Positions 34,801 through 46,954 of a DNA stretch of 64,000 nt are shown here, one piece after another. Each line of letters starts with the position of its first letter. Positions within the stretch are counted from its first letter, which is position 1. The stretch spans positions 5,890,001-5,954,000 of the forward strand of contig CM075991.1 of assembly GCA_038087875.1 (NCBI GenBank). Reading direction: 5' to 3'. The position numbers were made by a program, and so were the translations under genes. The notes under the pieces are model-generated. The model did no database searches. It was not told the origin of the DNA and saw nothing but the letters and a program-made list of their open reading frames with translations. The stretch is from Malacoraja senta (taxonomy: Eukaryota).

Positions 34801-36910
34801 TGTTCCTGTTGTGTAATTTGGAATAGTCTTATTACTCTTGCTGATAAAATTCGATTAAGTTTAAATTTCAGTAACATTATCTTATTATGTTTATCTGTAG
34901 TGGAATCTTTGGCATTATCTAACTCTAACTGTCTAATTTCTTGTTCTAACAGCATTTGTTCTGTCTTATTCTTTATATTTTGAAAAATTTGATATGAAAT
35001 TATAATTCCTCTAATAAATGCCTTTAAAGTTTCCCATAATAAAGAAGGCGAAGGACCTGGTGTATCATTTGTCGCCAAAAAAAAATAAATTGTTGTTTTA
35101 AGAATTGATAACCTTGTAAGTCATTTAAAATATGTGTATTAAACCTCCAAAAAAAGATTTTACCCGGCATTCCCTCAAATTTTACTGAAAATGTCAACGG
35201 AGAGTGATCAGAAATACCACTAATGTGGTATATTGGATTAATTGTATATGGCATTCATTTCATATCCACTAAAAAGTAATCAATTCTTGAATAAGTTTAT
35301 GTACCAAAGAGTAAAACGAGTATTCCCTTCCTACTGGATTAGCAGATCTTCATACATCTGTTATATTAGTATTTTTTATATATGTATTTAGAAGTTCACT
35401 AGTCTTAGATTTTAAATTACTCCTCCTTTGTTTTACTGATTTGTCTAAGTATGGATCTAACACACAGTTGAAGTCACCCCTATTATCACATTTTGGTAAT
35501 TAAACTCTAATATGATATCTATAATTTTACCAAAAAAATTGGGGGTTGTCAAAATTCGGAGCGTAAATATTGATCATAGTTAGTGGGGTTGCATAAATTT
35601 CTCCCGAATCTATAATATACCTTCCCTCTTTATCTGATATAGTATTCTTTAATTTGAAAGGTATACCTTTTCGAATATGAATAGCCGTACCTCTAGATGT
35701 GGAAGTAAATGACGAATAGTATGTTTGACCTATCCACTTCGCCTTTAATCTCATTTGTGTTTGTTGTTTCATGTGGGTTTCCTGTAAAAACATTATGTCG
35801 CTTTTCAAAGATTTTAGTTGAGCAAAAATGTTACCCCTCTTTATTGGTTCATTGGCACCCGTTATATTCCAACTACAGAATGTGATTCCTCCATTCTTTA
35901 TTTGTCTATCGTCTTGCATTATATATCAAAATAGTATTCCTGAATCATATGGTGCAAGCAAATACCTCAGAGTTATGGGTGTTGGGTGGTCATCCCAAGT
36001 TTTTAGATTTATATTACATCTCCTTCTTGAAAAGTACCTTAATAAAAGAGAGAAAAAATGTGATATAAAGTTGAATACAAACAAAATAAGCAAATACAAG
36101 TCTTTCTAGTGATTTAAAAAAAATAGTGATGTTAAGGTATCTAACAAAAGATACCTTAAAGGCAAGTAGCCACCTAAGGTGGCGAAACATTTATGGACTT
36201 CCGTTGATGTTGTTTTACATTGAGCTCCAATCCCTTAATAAAACCTCATAAAAAGCTACAGACCGTTTCATATCTTATTTATTCTTATTTAATTTTATCA
36301 AACTGGCACCAGTGAAAACAGAAAACATTCAGACAAAAATATTTTAAAGAATATATATATATATAAATATAAGTATATATGCCTTTCCAATTTATCTAAC
36401 CTTAATCTAGTCTAAACTTTACCATAAATGTCCACCCAAGATTCTTACGTAATTCTTACCCATCCTTTAACTACCATACAAGCAGGTACCAAGGGGTTAA
36501 ACAAAACCTAATTCCTGGATCTTTTCCAGGTTTATGCTGCGCCTAACTCCTTCCCACACCAGAAAAGTAGGTTAGTAATGTTATAAACATTTTGCTTGGT
36601 TACTATTTATAAGCATATATAATTTATAAGTATATATCATTAATATTAATTCATTTCCCTTTTTGAATATATAAAATCATAATTATATACACTCCCATTA
36701 TCTCCTTCCCCGTCTCATGGTTTATTCATGATTTGTTCATTTTACTACATACATTCACGAGTAATTAGTATTATTAAATTTGTTAAAATAATTGGTTAAT
36801 TATAATTAGAATATAATGGTTAGATATTTTCTTAAATCAACAGTTTTTATATTCCAATTAGTATTATCTCGTTCCATGTCCATTATACATTCCCTCATTA
36901 CTTCTGTATC
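31872..36910 (-). mobile_element. Degenerate 5'-truncated LINE-1 (L1-C): ORF2 from 35919 plus spacer, no ORF1
   Basis: Frameshifted ORF2 pieces (SWNITG, LQETH, SDH, QGCALSP, YADD, CDKC); A-rich 3' end abutting the GPCR copy 2 3' flank; 5' end approximate and no TSD found. Confidence 0.92.
35906..36249 (-). pseudogene. Disrupted spacer micro-ORF of L1-C
   Basis: MRFY*GIGAQCKTTSTEVHKCFATLGGYLPLRYLLLDTLTSLFFLNH*KDLY...SRRRC...RYLLA..IL(frameshift)..NARR*; aligns codon for codon with the L1-B spacer ORF. Confidence 0.55.
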
Positions 36911-37217
36911 TTCAACGTCAATTCAACGTCAACGTCAATCTTCAATGAGATGTTTTTTGTAGCCTCTTCCTGACCCTCCAATTGAACTTGAACTAACTTA
37001 TCAATGGACTTATCAAAACTTATCAAAAGACTTGGAATCTGATGAAGAATATTCAGATGAAGATCAGATGTAATGTAAACAAATAAATTGGGGAAATAAA
37101 TGATTATATAAAGTTTTATTTTAATGTCGATGGTTTCACTGTTTATTTGGTCAAATTATTTAAACAATTAGTGAATTACTTGTGATCATGACGTGCTGGT
37201 GAATGACAGTGCGACAG

Positions 37218-37405
37218 TCCACCCACCCATCCACACATATAAACATACATGCATACATACACACATCCACACACATATCCATCCGTACGTACACTTCCGT
37301 ACATGCACACACACATACATTCATACATACATCCACACATCCATCCACACATCCATCCATCCACATATACATACACACTTAAATCCACACATCCACAGAT
37401 ACACC
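37218..37405. repeat. Degenerate (CATA/CACA/CATC)n microsatellite-like tract
   Basis: Direct inspection. Confidence 0.9.
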
Positions 37406-37795
37406 TTTGATAGTTAATAATAATAATACATTTTATTTGTACAGCGCATTTCTTTTTTTTATTTTTTTTTATTTTATTAGAAGTTAATACAATACAAAAC
37501 AATACAGTGGCACCTAATTTGGGTGCCAACTATGTCATAACGTAATGCATTCTATGTACAACCTCTAGTTTTATGTTTTTGAAAAGGAGGTAAAAAATAA
37601 AAAATAAAAAATAAAAAAATAGAGAAAAGAAAGTGGAAAAATAAATAGTAGAAAATAGAAAAACGTGAAGTGTGTATATAAGAAAAGAAAAAATAGAAAG
37701 TAGAAATAGTAGAAAAAGACCCTTAAAAAAGAAAATTTCAAATCTTTGTTTGGAGATGTAAATCTATCCACGACCTGACCTGAAATCAGTAATCT

Positions 37796-40700
37796 TTACG
37801 GTACTGCTGCATCACATGATTCCAAAAAGTCGATGAAAGGGGACCAACTCCTTAAGAATTGGTCATATTTATCTATTAGGCCGAGTCTCATTTCTTCAAG
37901 GTGTGCTATGTCCGTCATATTCCTAATCAACATTTTAATAGTTGGTATAGCTGTATTTTTCCAAAATTTATGTATCAATTTCTTTCCAATTATTAACCCA
38001 TAATTAAAGAATACTTTTTGGTCTTTGTTTAAATTGATATCTTCTAATATTATTCCAAATATAATCCATTCCATATTAGGTTCTATTCTTGACTTGAAGA
38101 GCTTTGTAAATATATCAAATATATCGCTCCAATTCAACTTTGTACATCCTACAAATGAATGTGTTATATTGGCATTTTGAAACAAACATTTATCGCATCT
38201 GGGAGAGACATTTGGGTAAAATTCATTCAACCTCGTTTTTGAATAATATATTCTATGTAATAATTTAAATTGAATTAAATTATGTCTTGCATTAATGGAA
38301 CAATTATGTGTATTCATCAGATACTTTTCCCATCTATCTTTCGGGATCTTTAACATTAGTTCATGTTCCCAATCTTCTCTTAGTGCCTCTGTTGAGGGTA
38401 ATTCTCTATTTAATATACTATTATAAAAATATGACATTAGTTTTTCTGAATCAGCCTTAATATTCATTGCTTCTTCTAAAGGGTCTAAAAATATAGTTTG
38501 AAATCTATATATATATTTCTTCATAAAGTCACATATCTGTATATATTTAAAATATTGATTATCATTCAGTTTAAATTTTAATTTTAATTGTTGAAATGAT
38601 AACAATTTGCCCAGTTCATACATATCTCCTACTTTCCTAATCCCCAATCTATCCCATTGTTTATATGTTTTGTCGATAAGAGATGGTTTGAATGCAGGAT
38701 TATTCAGAATTGGGGTTAATACTGATAGATTATTTAATTTCAAGGATAATTTTATTTGTTTCCAAATTCTTATTGTATTGTGAATAATTGGGTTCTTCTT
38801 ATATATTATACTATTCAATTTTATTGGTGAGAACAAGATCGTTCCTATATCATACGGGAAACACTCCTCTTTTTCCATTCTTATCCACTCCGACGGGTGA
38901 GTTGAACTATCCAACCAGTACATTATGTTCTTAATATGCACTGCCCAGTAGTAATACGTAAAGTTAGGTAGTGATAAACCCCCAGCTTCTTTAGGTTTAC
39001 ACAAATGCTTTCGTTCAATTCTGTGTGCTCTATAATCCCATATAAAATTAGTGATATTAGAATCTAGTTTTTTGAAAAAATATTTCGGAATATATATTGG
39101 GATCGCTTGAAACAAATATATTAATTGTGGTAAGAAAGTCATTTTTATAGCGTTAATTCTACCTATCAATGAGAGTGGGAGCGTTTTCCAAAATTTAATC
39201 ATAACATTCAATTTATTTAATAGTGGCATAAAATTGGCGCTAAATAATGATTTGTGTCTTCTCGTAATTTGAATACCTAAATACTTGAATTTTTCTGTTG
39301 CAATTTTGAAAGGGAATTTTAATAAGTGTCTCGCATCCTATGGTTTTAAAGACATGATTTCGCTTTTATTCCAATTTATTCTATATCCTGAAAAAGAACC
39401 AAATTCCTCAATTAGTGTTAATAAGGTGGGAATACTCGTTTGTGTATTAGTAATATATAAAAGAATATGATCAGCATATAATGAAATTTTATTCTTTGAG
39501 TCCTTGGTGTTATAACCATGAATATTCGGATGATTTCTAATCCTTTCAGCCAGCGGTTCTATCATAAGGGCAAATAGCAATGGTGATAAGGCACAACCCT
39601 GCCTATTACCCCTTGATAAATAAAAATTTGAAGATAACATATTGTTAGTTAATATTCTTGCCGTAGGTTTATCATAAAGTAGTTTAACCCATCTAATAAA
39701 ATGTTCTCCCGTATTAAATTTTTCGAGTACCTTATATAAATACTGCCATTCTACCTGATCAAATGCCTTCTCTGCATCCAGCGTAACGACTGAAATATCT
39801 TCAATGTCCTCTTTGTGAGAGTTCATTATATTGAAAAGCCTTCTCAAGTTATTAAATGATTGTCTTTTGGGTATAAATCCCGTTTGATCCGGGTTTACCA
39901 ATTTATTAATATAATTATTCAGTCTTCTTGCTAGAATCTTTGCTAAAATTTTCTGATCCGTATTTAAAAGTGATATAGCTCTGTAAGAACCCGGTTCATC
40001 TAAATCTTTATCTTTTTTTGGTACAAGCGTTATTGTTGATTCTGCTAAAGTTTCTGGTAGTTTATTTTCGGTATAAGCCTGCGTGTATAAGTTGAGTAAT
40101 CTTGGTACAAGTGACTCTTGAAAGCGTTTATAAAATTCATTACTAATACCATCTGGTCCTGGGGTCTTCCCAATTTTCAATTAGTTTATTATTTGTTTTA
40201 TTTCTTCACTAGTAATCCGTGCTCCTAATTCCTCTTGTTCTAAACGATCCAATTTAGGGAGGTTGCAAATATCTAAACAATTTGTAATTTTACTATCATC
40301 TGTATTTATTTTAGTTGTGTATAAATTATGATAAAATTGGGCAAACATTTTATTAATATCCTTTGGTAATGTTAGAAGCTCACCCTTATCAGATTTAATT
40401 TTAGTGATAGTATTTGCCTTTTCTTGTTGCTTCAGTTGCCTCGCTAATAATTTATGTGGCTTATCCCCAAATTCGAAGTGTGCCTGTTTTGTAATTTGGA
40501 ATAGTCTTATTACTCTACCCGATAATATTCTATTGAGTTTATATTTCAATAAGGTTATCTTATTATGTTTATCTATAGTTGGGTCACTTGCATTGTCCAG
40601 TTCTAGTAATTTTATTTCCTGTTCTACCCTCTGAAGTTCACTTTTATTTTCTTTATTTTGATAACTTTGATAAGAGATTATAACACTGCGAATGTATGCC

Positions 40701-41598
40701 TTAAAGGTTTCCCATAATAGCGATACAGAAATACCCGGCGTATCATTTGTCTCGAAAAAAAATGGTGTTTCTTCTTTTATATACTCATAACCCTGCGGGT
40801 TATTTAATATTTGTGCTTTGAATTTCCAAAAAGATTTTATACCCGGCATTCCCTCGATTTTAAGTATAAAAGTCAGTGGTGAATGATCGGAAATAATACT
40901 ATTATGATATGATGGTTTAATTGTATACGGGATTAATTTTGTATCCACTAAGAAATAGTCAATTCGTGAATAAGTTTTATGAGGCGACGAGTAAAACGAA
41001 TATTCCCTTCCAATTGAGTTTGCTATTCTCCAAACGTCAGTTATGTTATTATTTTTTATATAAGTATTTAAAAATTCACAGGTCTTAGTTTTAACTAGAC
41101 GCTTCCCTACCTTTATTGATTTATCTAAGTATGGATCTATAACACAATTAAAATCTCCCCCATTATAATATTTTGATAATTATGCTCTGCAATTATATCT
41201 AGTATTTTCTTAAAAAATTGGGGATTATCAAAATTAGGCGCATAAATATTTATCATAGTTAATGGTGTATTGTAAATTTCTCCCGTGACTATAACGTATC
41301 TTCCCTCTTTATCAGATATGGACTTCTTTAATTTAAAAGGTATACCTTTCCGAATTATAATGACCGTGCCTCTTGCTTTAGAAGTGAATGAGGAGTAGTA
41401 GGTTTGACCTATCCAGTTTGCCCTTAATCTGATCTGCGTTTGTTGTTTCAAATGCGTTTCTTGTAGGAAAGCAATATCAATGTTTAATGATTTTAATTGT
41501 GCCAGAATTCTACCCCTCTTAATTGGCTCATTCGCACCTCTAATGTTCCAACTACAAAAAGTGAGACCTCCGGTGTTTATTCGACTATTATCTTGCAT
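37796..41598 (-). pseudogene. L1-B ORF2, with frameshifts, a stop and YADD>YADH
   Basis: Fragments 41598-41137, 40948-40181, 40180-39338 and 39229-37796 are colinear with L1-A ORF2. Confidence 0.93.
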
Positions 41599-41932
41599 TG
41601 GCTATTATTACCAGAATGTATAATTCATGTGATGCAGCCAAGTACCTCGAAATCCCGAGTCCAGGGTTGTCCTTCATAATTTCTGCACTAGTTTTACATC
41701 TCCTGACACTATTAAACATAATTAAGGGAAAAAGAAAAACATAAAATGAAGTGTTCATAAAGATTGTTAAATCATACAACGCATAATAGTGAATAAACAA
41801 AAAAAGTGAATGTAAGTTATCAAAAAGGCGATATCTTACAAAAAAGCCACCTACGGTGGCTAAGATTTGTTTTAAATTGACCTCCGTCGATGGAATTATG
41901 CACTGGGCTTTGTCCCCCTAGTAAAATATCAT
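41588..41932 (-). CDS. Putative L1-B spacer micro-ORF (114 codons, in-frame TAG at codon 5)
   Basis: MIFY*GDKAQCIIPSTEVNLKQILATVGGFFVRYRLFDNLHSLFLFIHYYALYDLTIFMNTSFYVFLFPLIMFNSVRRC...RYLAA..ILVIIANAR*; overlaps the ORF2 ATG at 41598. Confidence 0.5.
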
Positions 41933-42532
41933 CCAACATTAGTTGGTTTCCTCCACTTAACCAAAATTATCATGTCAGGTCGATTAATAGCCAAAAAATT
42001 TAAAATAAAATAGAAGAAAAGCTAGAAGATTTACAATAAAATAAAATAGAATTATTATCGTCATTAATCAGACTTTTCATTAGCCTGTATGTTAGTTGAT
42101 TCGTAATTAGTATTTAGAATATCTGTCTAACCTCCCCCATCCTTCCTACTATATAGTTAGTCATGTTAGTATAATACATTAAACCTTTAGGGTTAATTTA
42201 GTTTATTGCATATATATAATTAATTAGTTAGTTAGTTATATGCTGTATATCTAAATAATAGATCATATAGTACTAAGACAAAGGCAGACCAACAAGACTG
42301 TTATAAATTCAAAAAAGAACAGTCAATAAAACTCAGGGCTGAAAAACTTGGCGCAGAGCCTGCGACCTTGAACTTTCCATCTGTTGAGCCTCAGTTTTTC
42401 AATTCAAGATAAAGTTGGGACTCTGTTATTAAAAAACACATTCTGGCCAAATAAGTATGTCTGAAAACCGTCTAAACAAAGTAAAAAACAAGTTCAGCCG
42501 GCGTAGTGTCTCGTTATTCTTTTCCTTGAATT

Positions 42533-43621
42533 TTATTTAAAATCTCCTGGGCAAGCTGAATCCGGATCCGTGAATGAACGTTGCTTAGCATTGTACGTAA
42601 TTAACATTTTAGCAGGGTAGATAACTCCGTAACGAACTTCAGAATGTCCTTGTACGATACTGCTTGCACTTTTAAACTGGCGTATTTTTGCCAGTATTTC
42701 CCGAGGGTAGTCTCTGTAAAATCTAACAATATTATCAGCGAATGTAAGATTTTCTCCATAAGATATCTTGTTTAATAAATTTTCCAAAGTCGAAATGTCT
42801 AAGAACTTTACAATAATTTGACGTGGTGGAGCATTCGCTCCTCTTTGGAAGCGACCAACACGATGAGCCACATCTATCTTTGGTTTTTCTGGCAGTTTGA
42901 AAACATCTTTACGTAAATTAGTGATAAAATCACCCATTTCAGAGCCGTGCTCTGCCCCCTCTTTAACTCCTATTATTCTCAAATTCTGCCTCCTTGACCT
43001 GGCTTCCAAATCTTGACATTTCTCATTCAGTTTATTCGTCAGCTCCCAATTCGCGTCGTGTTCTTTTTTCAAACCTGTTATTTCCTGGCCCATCTGCTGC
43101 ATTTCACCCTCCATCTCTTCCATCAATGTTTCAGTCTTTGTTAATTGCTTCAGCAGGGAGTCATGTTTATTGTTATAATCTCTCTGCATTCTTTCCAATT
43201 CCTTAGCAGTCCTCGACTCCAAATCTTTGAACTGCTGGTTCAGGGATACGTAAAGTTCCTTTAATTCTCCACAGCTAGTGTCAATTTTCTCAGAGAGATT
43301 ATCCTCCATTGAAGAAAAATTGTTCTGCATTCTGGAATTCATTTTAGCAAATTGCTTCTGAAGATCTTTAGTAATGTCTTTAGTAATATTAACTCTTACC
43401 GATGCTTCCCAGCTTTTCATTTCTTTCTCCCTTTCTTTTAACTCTTTTGTTTCAGCACTTGCAGCCATTTCGACTGTTGGTTGTTGAGATTCTAGCTCCT
43501 CTTCCAAACTTTCAAATGTAGATTCAGGAGTGGTTTCAAGCTCATCCAGAGCTTTTTGGAGCTGGAGCTGGAGACTGATTGTAGTCTTCTTGGGTCCTCT
43601 CTGACCTCTTCCCTTTTTCAT
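42533..43621 (-). CDS. L1-B ORF1p, 362 aa (extreme C-terminus possibly frameshifted)
   Basis: Long coiled coil, DLEARSRRQNLRIIGVKEG, IDVAHR, PRQIIVKF, YPAKMLI. Confidence 0.92.
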   Translation of the reverse strand: MKKGRGQRGPKKTTISLQLQLQKALDELETTPESTFESLEEELESQQPTVEMAASAETKELKEREKEMKSWEASVRVNITKDITKDLQKQFAKMNSRMQNNFSSMEDNLSEKIDTSCGELKELYVSLNQQFKDLESRTAKELERMQRDYNNKHDSLLKQLTKTETLMEEMEGEMQQMGQEITGLKKEHDANWELTNKLNEKCQDLEARSRRQNLRIIGVKEGAEHGSEMGDFITNLRKDVFKLPEKPKIDVAHRVGRFQRGANAPPRQIIVKFLDISTLENLLNKISYGENLTFADNIVRFYRDYPREILAKIRQFKSASSIVQGHSEVRYGVIYPAKMLITYNAKQRSFTDPDSACPGDFK

Positions 43622-43818
43622 CCGATTTCTACCGGTAAAATCGTTTTAAATCCCGATTCCACCGGCACCGTCTGATGACATCAGTACCCACGAGGTTCAG
43701 CAATCCCGGTAAGAGTTTTTAAATCGATCCTGGCGTAGGAACCGAGTTTATACACGATTTGTCGGGAGCAGAGCTCTGTGCAGCTGTCTTACTGCTTCAT
43801 AGCAGCCACCGGAAGTCC

Positions 43819-44960
43819 GTACAGCGCATTTCAAGGACTCAAAGTCGCTTTACATGGAGAGTCAAGAACAAAATATAATAGAACAAAATAGGGCAATAAG
43901 ACAGAGATGAAAAGGAGAGGGGGGCATGGGACTAAGGGTATGCCGAGGTGAAGAGATGGGTCTTGAGGCGGGACTGGAGGATGGTGAGGGACTCAGAATT
44001 TCGGATCAATTGTGAGAGGGAGTTCCAGAGCCTGGGAACTGCCCTGGAGAAGGCTCTGTCTCCAAAAGTGCAGAGGTTGGATTTCGGAATGGAGAGGAGA
44101 CCTACTGATATGGATCTGAGGGACCGAGAGGGTTGGTAGGGGGAGAGGAAGTCAGTGAGATAAGGGGGGGGGGCAAGTGGTTGAGGGCTTTGTAAATGAG
44201 GACCAGGATTTTGTAGATGATCCGGTGGGAAATGGGAAGGCAGTGAAGTTCTTTGAGAACTGGGGTGATGTGGTGCCATGATTTGGTGTGGGTGATGAGT
44301 TGCGCGGCTACATTCTAGAACAGTTGGAGTCTGTTGATGTTGCTGGAATTAATGCGAAAGAGAAGAGAGTTACAGTAGTCCAGTCGGGAGGAGATGAAGG
44401 CATGGATGAGTCTTTCAGCAGCGGGGGGTGTGAGAGCGGGTCTGATTTTGGCAATGATGCGGAGGTGAAAAAATGATGTTTTGATAACATGGCGGATGTG
44501 AGGCTCAAGGGAGAGTGTTGAGTCAAAGATCACGCCAAGGTTGCGGGCCTGAGGAGATGGGGAGACAGTGGTGCCGTCAAATGTGAGAGTGGTGTTGTGA
44601 ATTTTGGTAAGTGTTGATTTGGAGCCAATGAGGAGAAATTCTGTTTTGTTACTGTTTAATTTAAGGAAGTTGAGTTGCATCCAAGATTTGATGGCTGACA
44701 GGCAGGAGTTGATATGGGAGAGAGGGGGTAGTGGGAGGACTTGGTGCTGAGATAGATCTGGGTGTCATCAGCATAGCAATGGAAGTCCACATTGAAGTGA
44801 CGGAGTATATGACCATGGGGGAGGATGTAATGATGAAGAGGAGGGGACCGAGAACGGAGCCTTGGGGAACGCCTTGAGTGACAGTGGCTGTGGCAGAGCT
44901 GTGGTTATGGAGAGAGATGAAGTGGGATCGGTTGGAAAGGTGAGGAACGGAGCCAGCTGA
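43819..44960 (-). mobile_element. L2 LINE, 5'-truncated; its 3' tail is displaced to 37414-37452 by L1-B
   Basis: [58 protein letters not shown]; (TAT)n tail beyond the L1-B TSD. Confidence 0.9.
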
Positions 44961-45230
44961 GAGCAGAACCTTCGTGCCAAGGTCTTTAAGTCTGGTAAGC
45001 ACAGACACACACACAAACTAGATACTCAAACAAAGCAACACTTTTAGGGTTATTTTAGGTTAAAGGTAATAGCCCTCATTTGCAAAGGCACCATCGGTGG
45101 GTCTCTAACATAAATATAGGCTCATTTTAGCTTAAAATGAATACTCATCGAGAAAACATCAGAGCATTCGATTCTTGGTCAGGATTGACATTTATATCAG
45201 AAATCAGACAGGTCTCTTACAGGTCTGTCA

Positions 45231-45600
45231 CCCAGCCTGGCACTGCCCCAGTCCCACTATGGCAGTTAACCCTACACTCCACACTATGGCAGTCAATGGG
45301 GTTCAGTAAACGGGGTAACACAGAGGATCTGCCCTGACCCTTAAATTAGGCAGGTTCATGAACCCTTAAAACCTGGGACCTCTGCTGCAGTCTCATTAAA
45401 TCTCCTATTAAAGCGACAGGAAGATGCCTTGCAGGACTGCCCCCCAGCCTGGAACTGCCGCAGTCCCATCATGGCCGCGACCCCACCTCTGCACAATGGC
45501 AGTCAGTGAGGTTCTGTAAAGAGAGGAAACCACAAGAACTGCCCTCACCCATTAATTAGGCTGGTTCAGGAGCAGGACCTCTGCGACAGTGTCATTAAAA
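45231..45600. repeat. Diverged tandem duplication, period about 212 bp
   Basis: CCCAGCCTGG.ACTGCC.CAGTCCCA...CTGCCCT.ACCC.TTAA.TTAGGC.GGTTCA...GGACCTCTGC..CAGT.TCATTAAA occurs at 45231 and 45443. Confidence 0.8.
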
Positions 45601-46954
45601 AAGTACTCACAATTATATTCATCATATTATTTTTATATTATATTATTATACTTAATTATATATTATTACAGTCATATTTGTCATATATATATATATATAG
45701 GTATAATAATATATAGTTTAAATGGACTGCAACACGGAAATAGGCTGCCCATGGTGTAATATGGGCATTGGCTACTAGATGGCGCTTACTTTGCCGATCA
45801 TATTTTCTATTTAGTTTAATTAATTAATGTGCAACATTTGGCACTGACGAGTTATGACATCCTTCTCAATTATATTTCATCTAAATCTGTGGAAAATTCC
45901 ATGTAGTTCCGTGAGGTGGGTCACGAAAATCGATTTCTAGACACATTTTTGATGCTCGGCCCACAGCCTATATGTGTTTTTATTCCTTTCCACTTCAACT
46001 GTTCTATTAAAAAATATGGAATAATTCCCACGTGGGTGTTGAGCACCATTCCGCAATTTCCAACCCCGGAAGGTTCAACGTCACCAGAATGTGACGGGAA
46101 TGGGGAACAGAAGTTACCTTTTCTTCCTTCGGGGGCATCACGTACCCGTGACCATCTACCACCTTAACATCCTCATCATAGAGGGTTGGGCGTACGGCAG
46201 TTGTGGCTCTGGATAAGGGAGTTGACCATCTATTTAACCACACCATGCCACCTTGATCTCCACATACTACAGTAATGGGGTCTTTGGAATTACTTCGATG
46301 TATAATAAACCGCATTTGACTCTCTCTCCTTTGATCCCCAGGGAGCCCCAAACACTACAATTCCAAAAATTCCACGCAACATTTTTGCCATTCGCAACGC
46401 ACCGCTTGCTCTGTCAATAATGTAGCTCAATTTGTGCAAGTGACTGTATTTACATCATTAACAACCGTACTCATTCCATCAATTTTCAGTTAGGGTTTCT
46501 GATGATTAAATGTTGTGCCGTTGACTCTTAACTCCAGCCTGATGCATGCATTATTTGAATCCCTGTGGAAATAAAAACAAATCCAGCCCCTTGCCAGTTG
46601 TGTTAGTTCAATTCTTCCTTTATGGTTTATACTGTTTCTACTGAGTTCAATGTTTCCGTTTAGCAGTCCTTTTCATGTCCATGAGAAAACATATTTCAAC
46701 TTCCAATTTTACACCATGTAGCCCACCCACCAGGGCTGGAGACCAGCCCATTCCGGGAGAATTCTAACCATTACCTGATTTCCGTTCTTCCACATTTTAG
46801 CTTAAATTCTTACTTTTCCTTTTCCTAATATTTGATCCTCTACTGAACAAATAACTCATAATTAAGTTGAAGACATTTATTTACTAACTCTTGTATGTAC
46901 CCAATATTTTTCCATTTCCATTGCAGGCGTGTGCTCCTATTGTTTTTACATCTT

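Larger units (their letters stand above)
37453..43818 (-). mobile_element. Full-length but disabled LINE-1 (L1-B)
   Basis: TSD GTACAGCGCATTTC at 37439-37452 and 43819-43832; poly(A) tail; 5' end GGACTTCCGG; ORF1 and a broken ORF2. Confidence 0.96.

Noticed and set aside
36514..36525. CTGGATCTTT as the second TSD of L1-C (matches 31862-31871)
   Set aside because: GPCR 3' flank does not resume after it, and it is part of the CCTGG-N7-CCAGG spacer hairpin shared with L1-A.
37160..37529. Cys/Val/His-rich ORFs
   Set aside because: Translations of a microsatellite-like tract.
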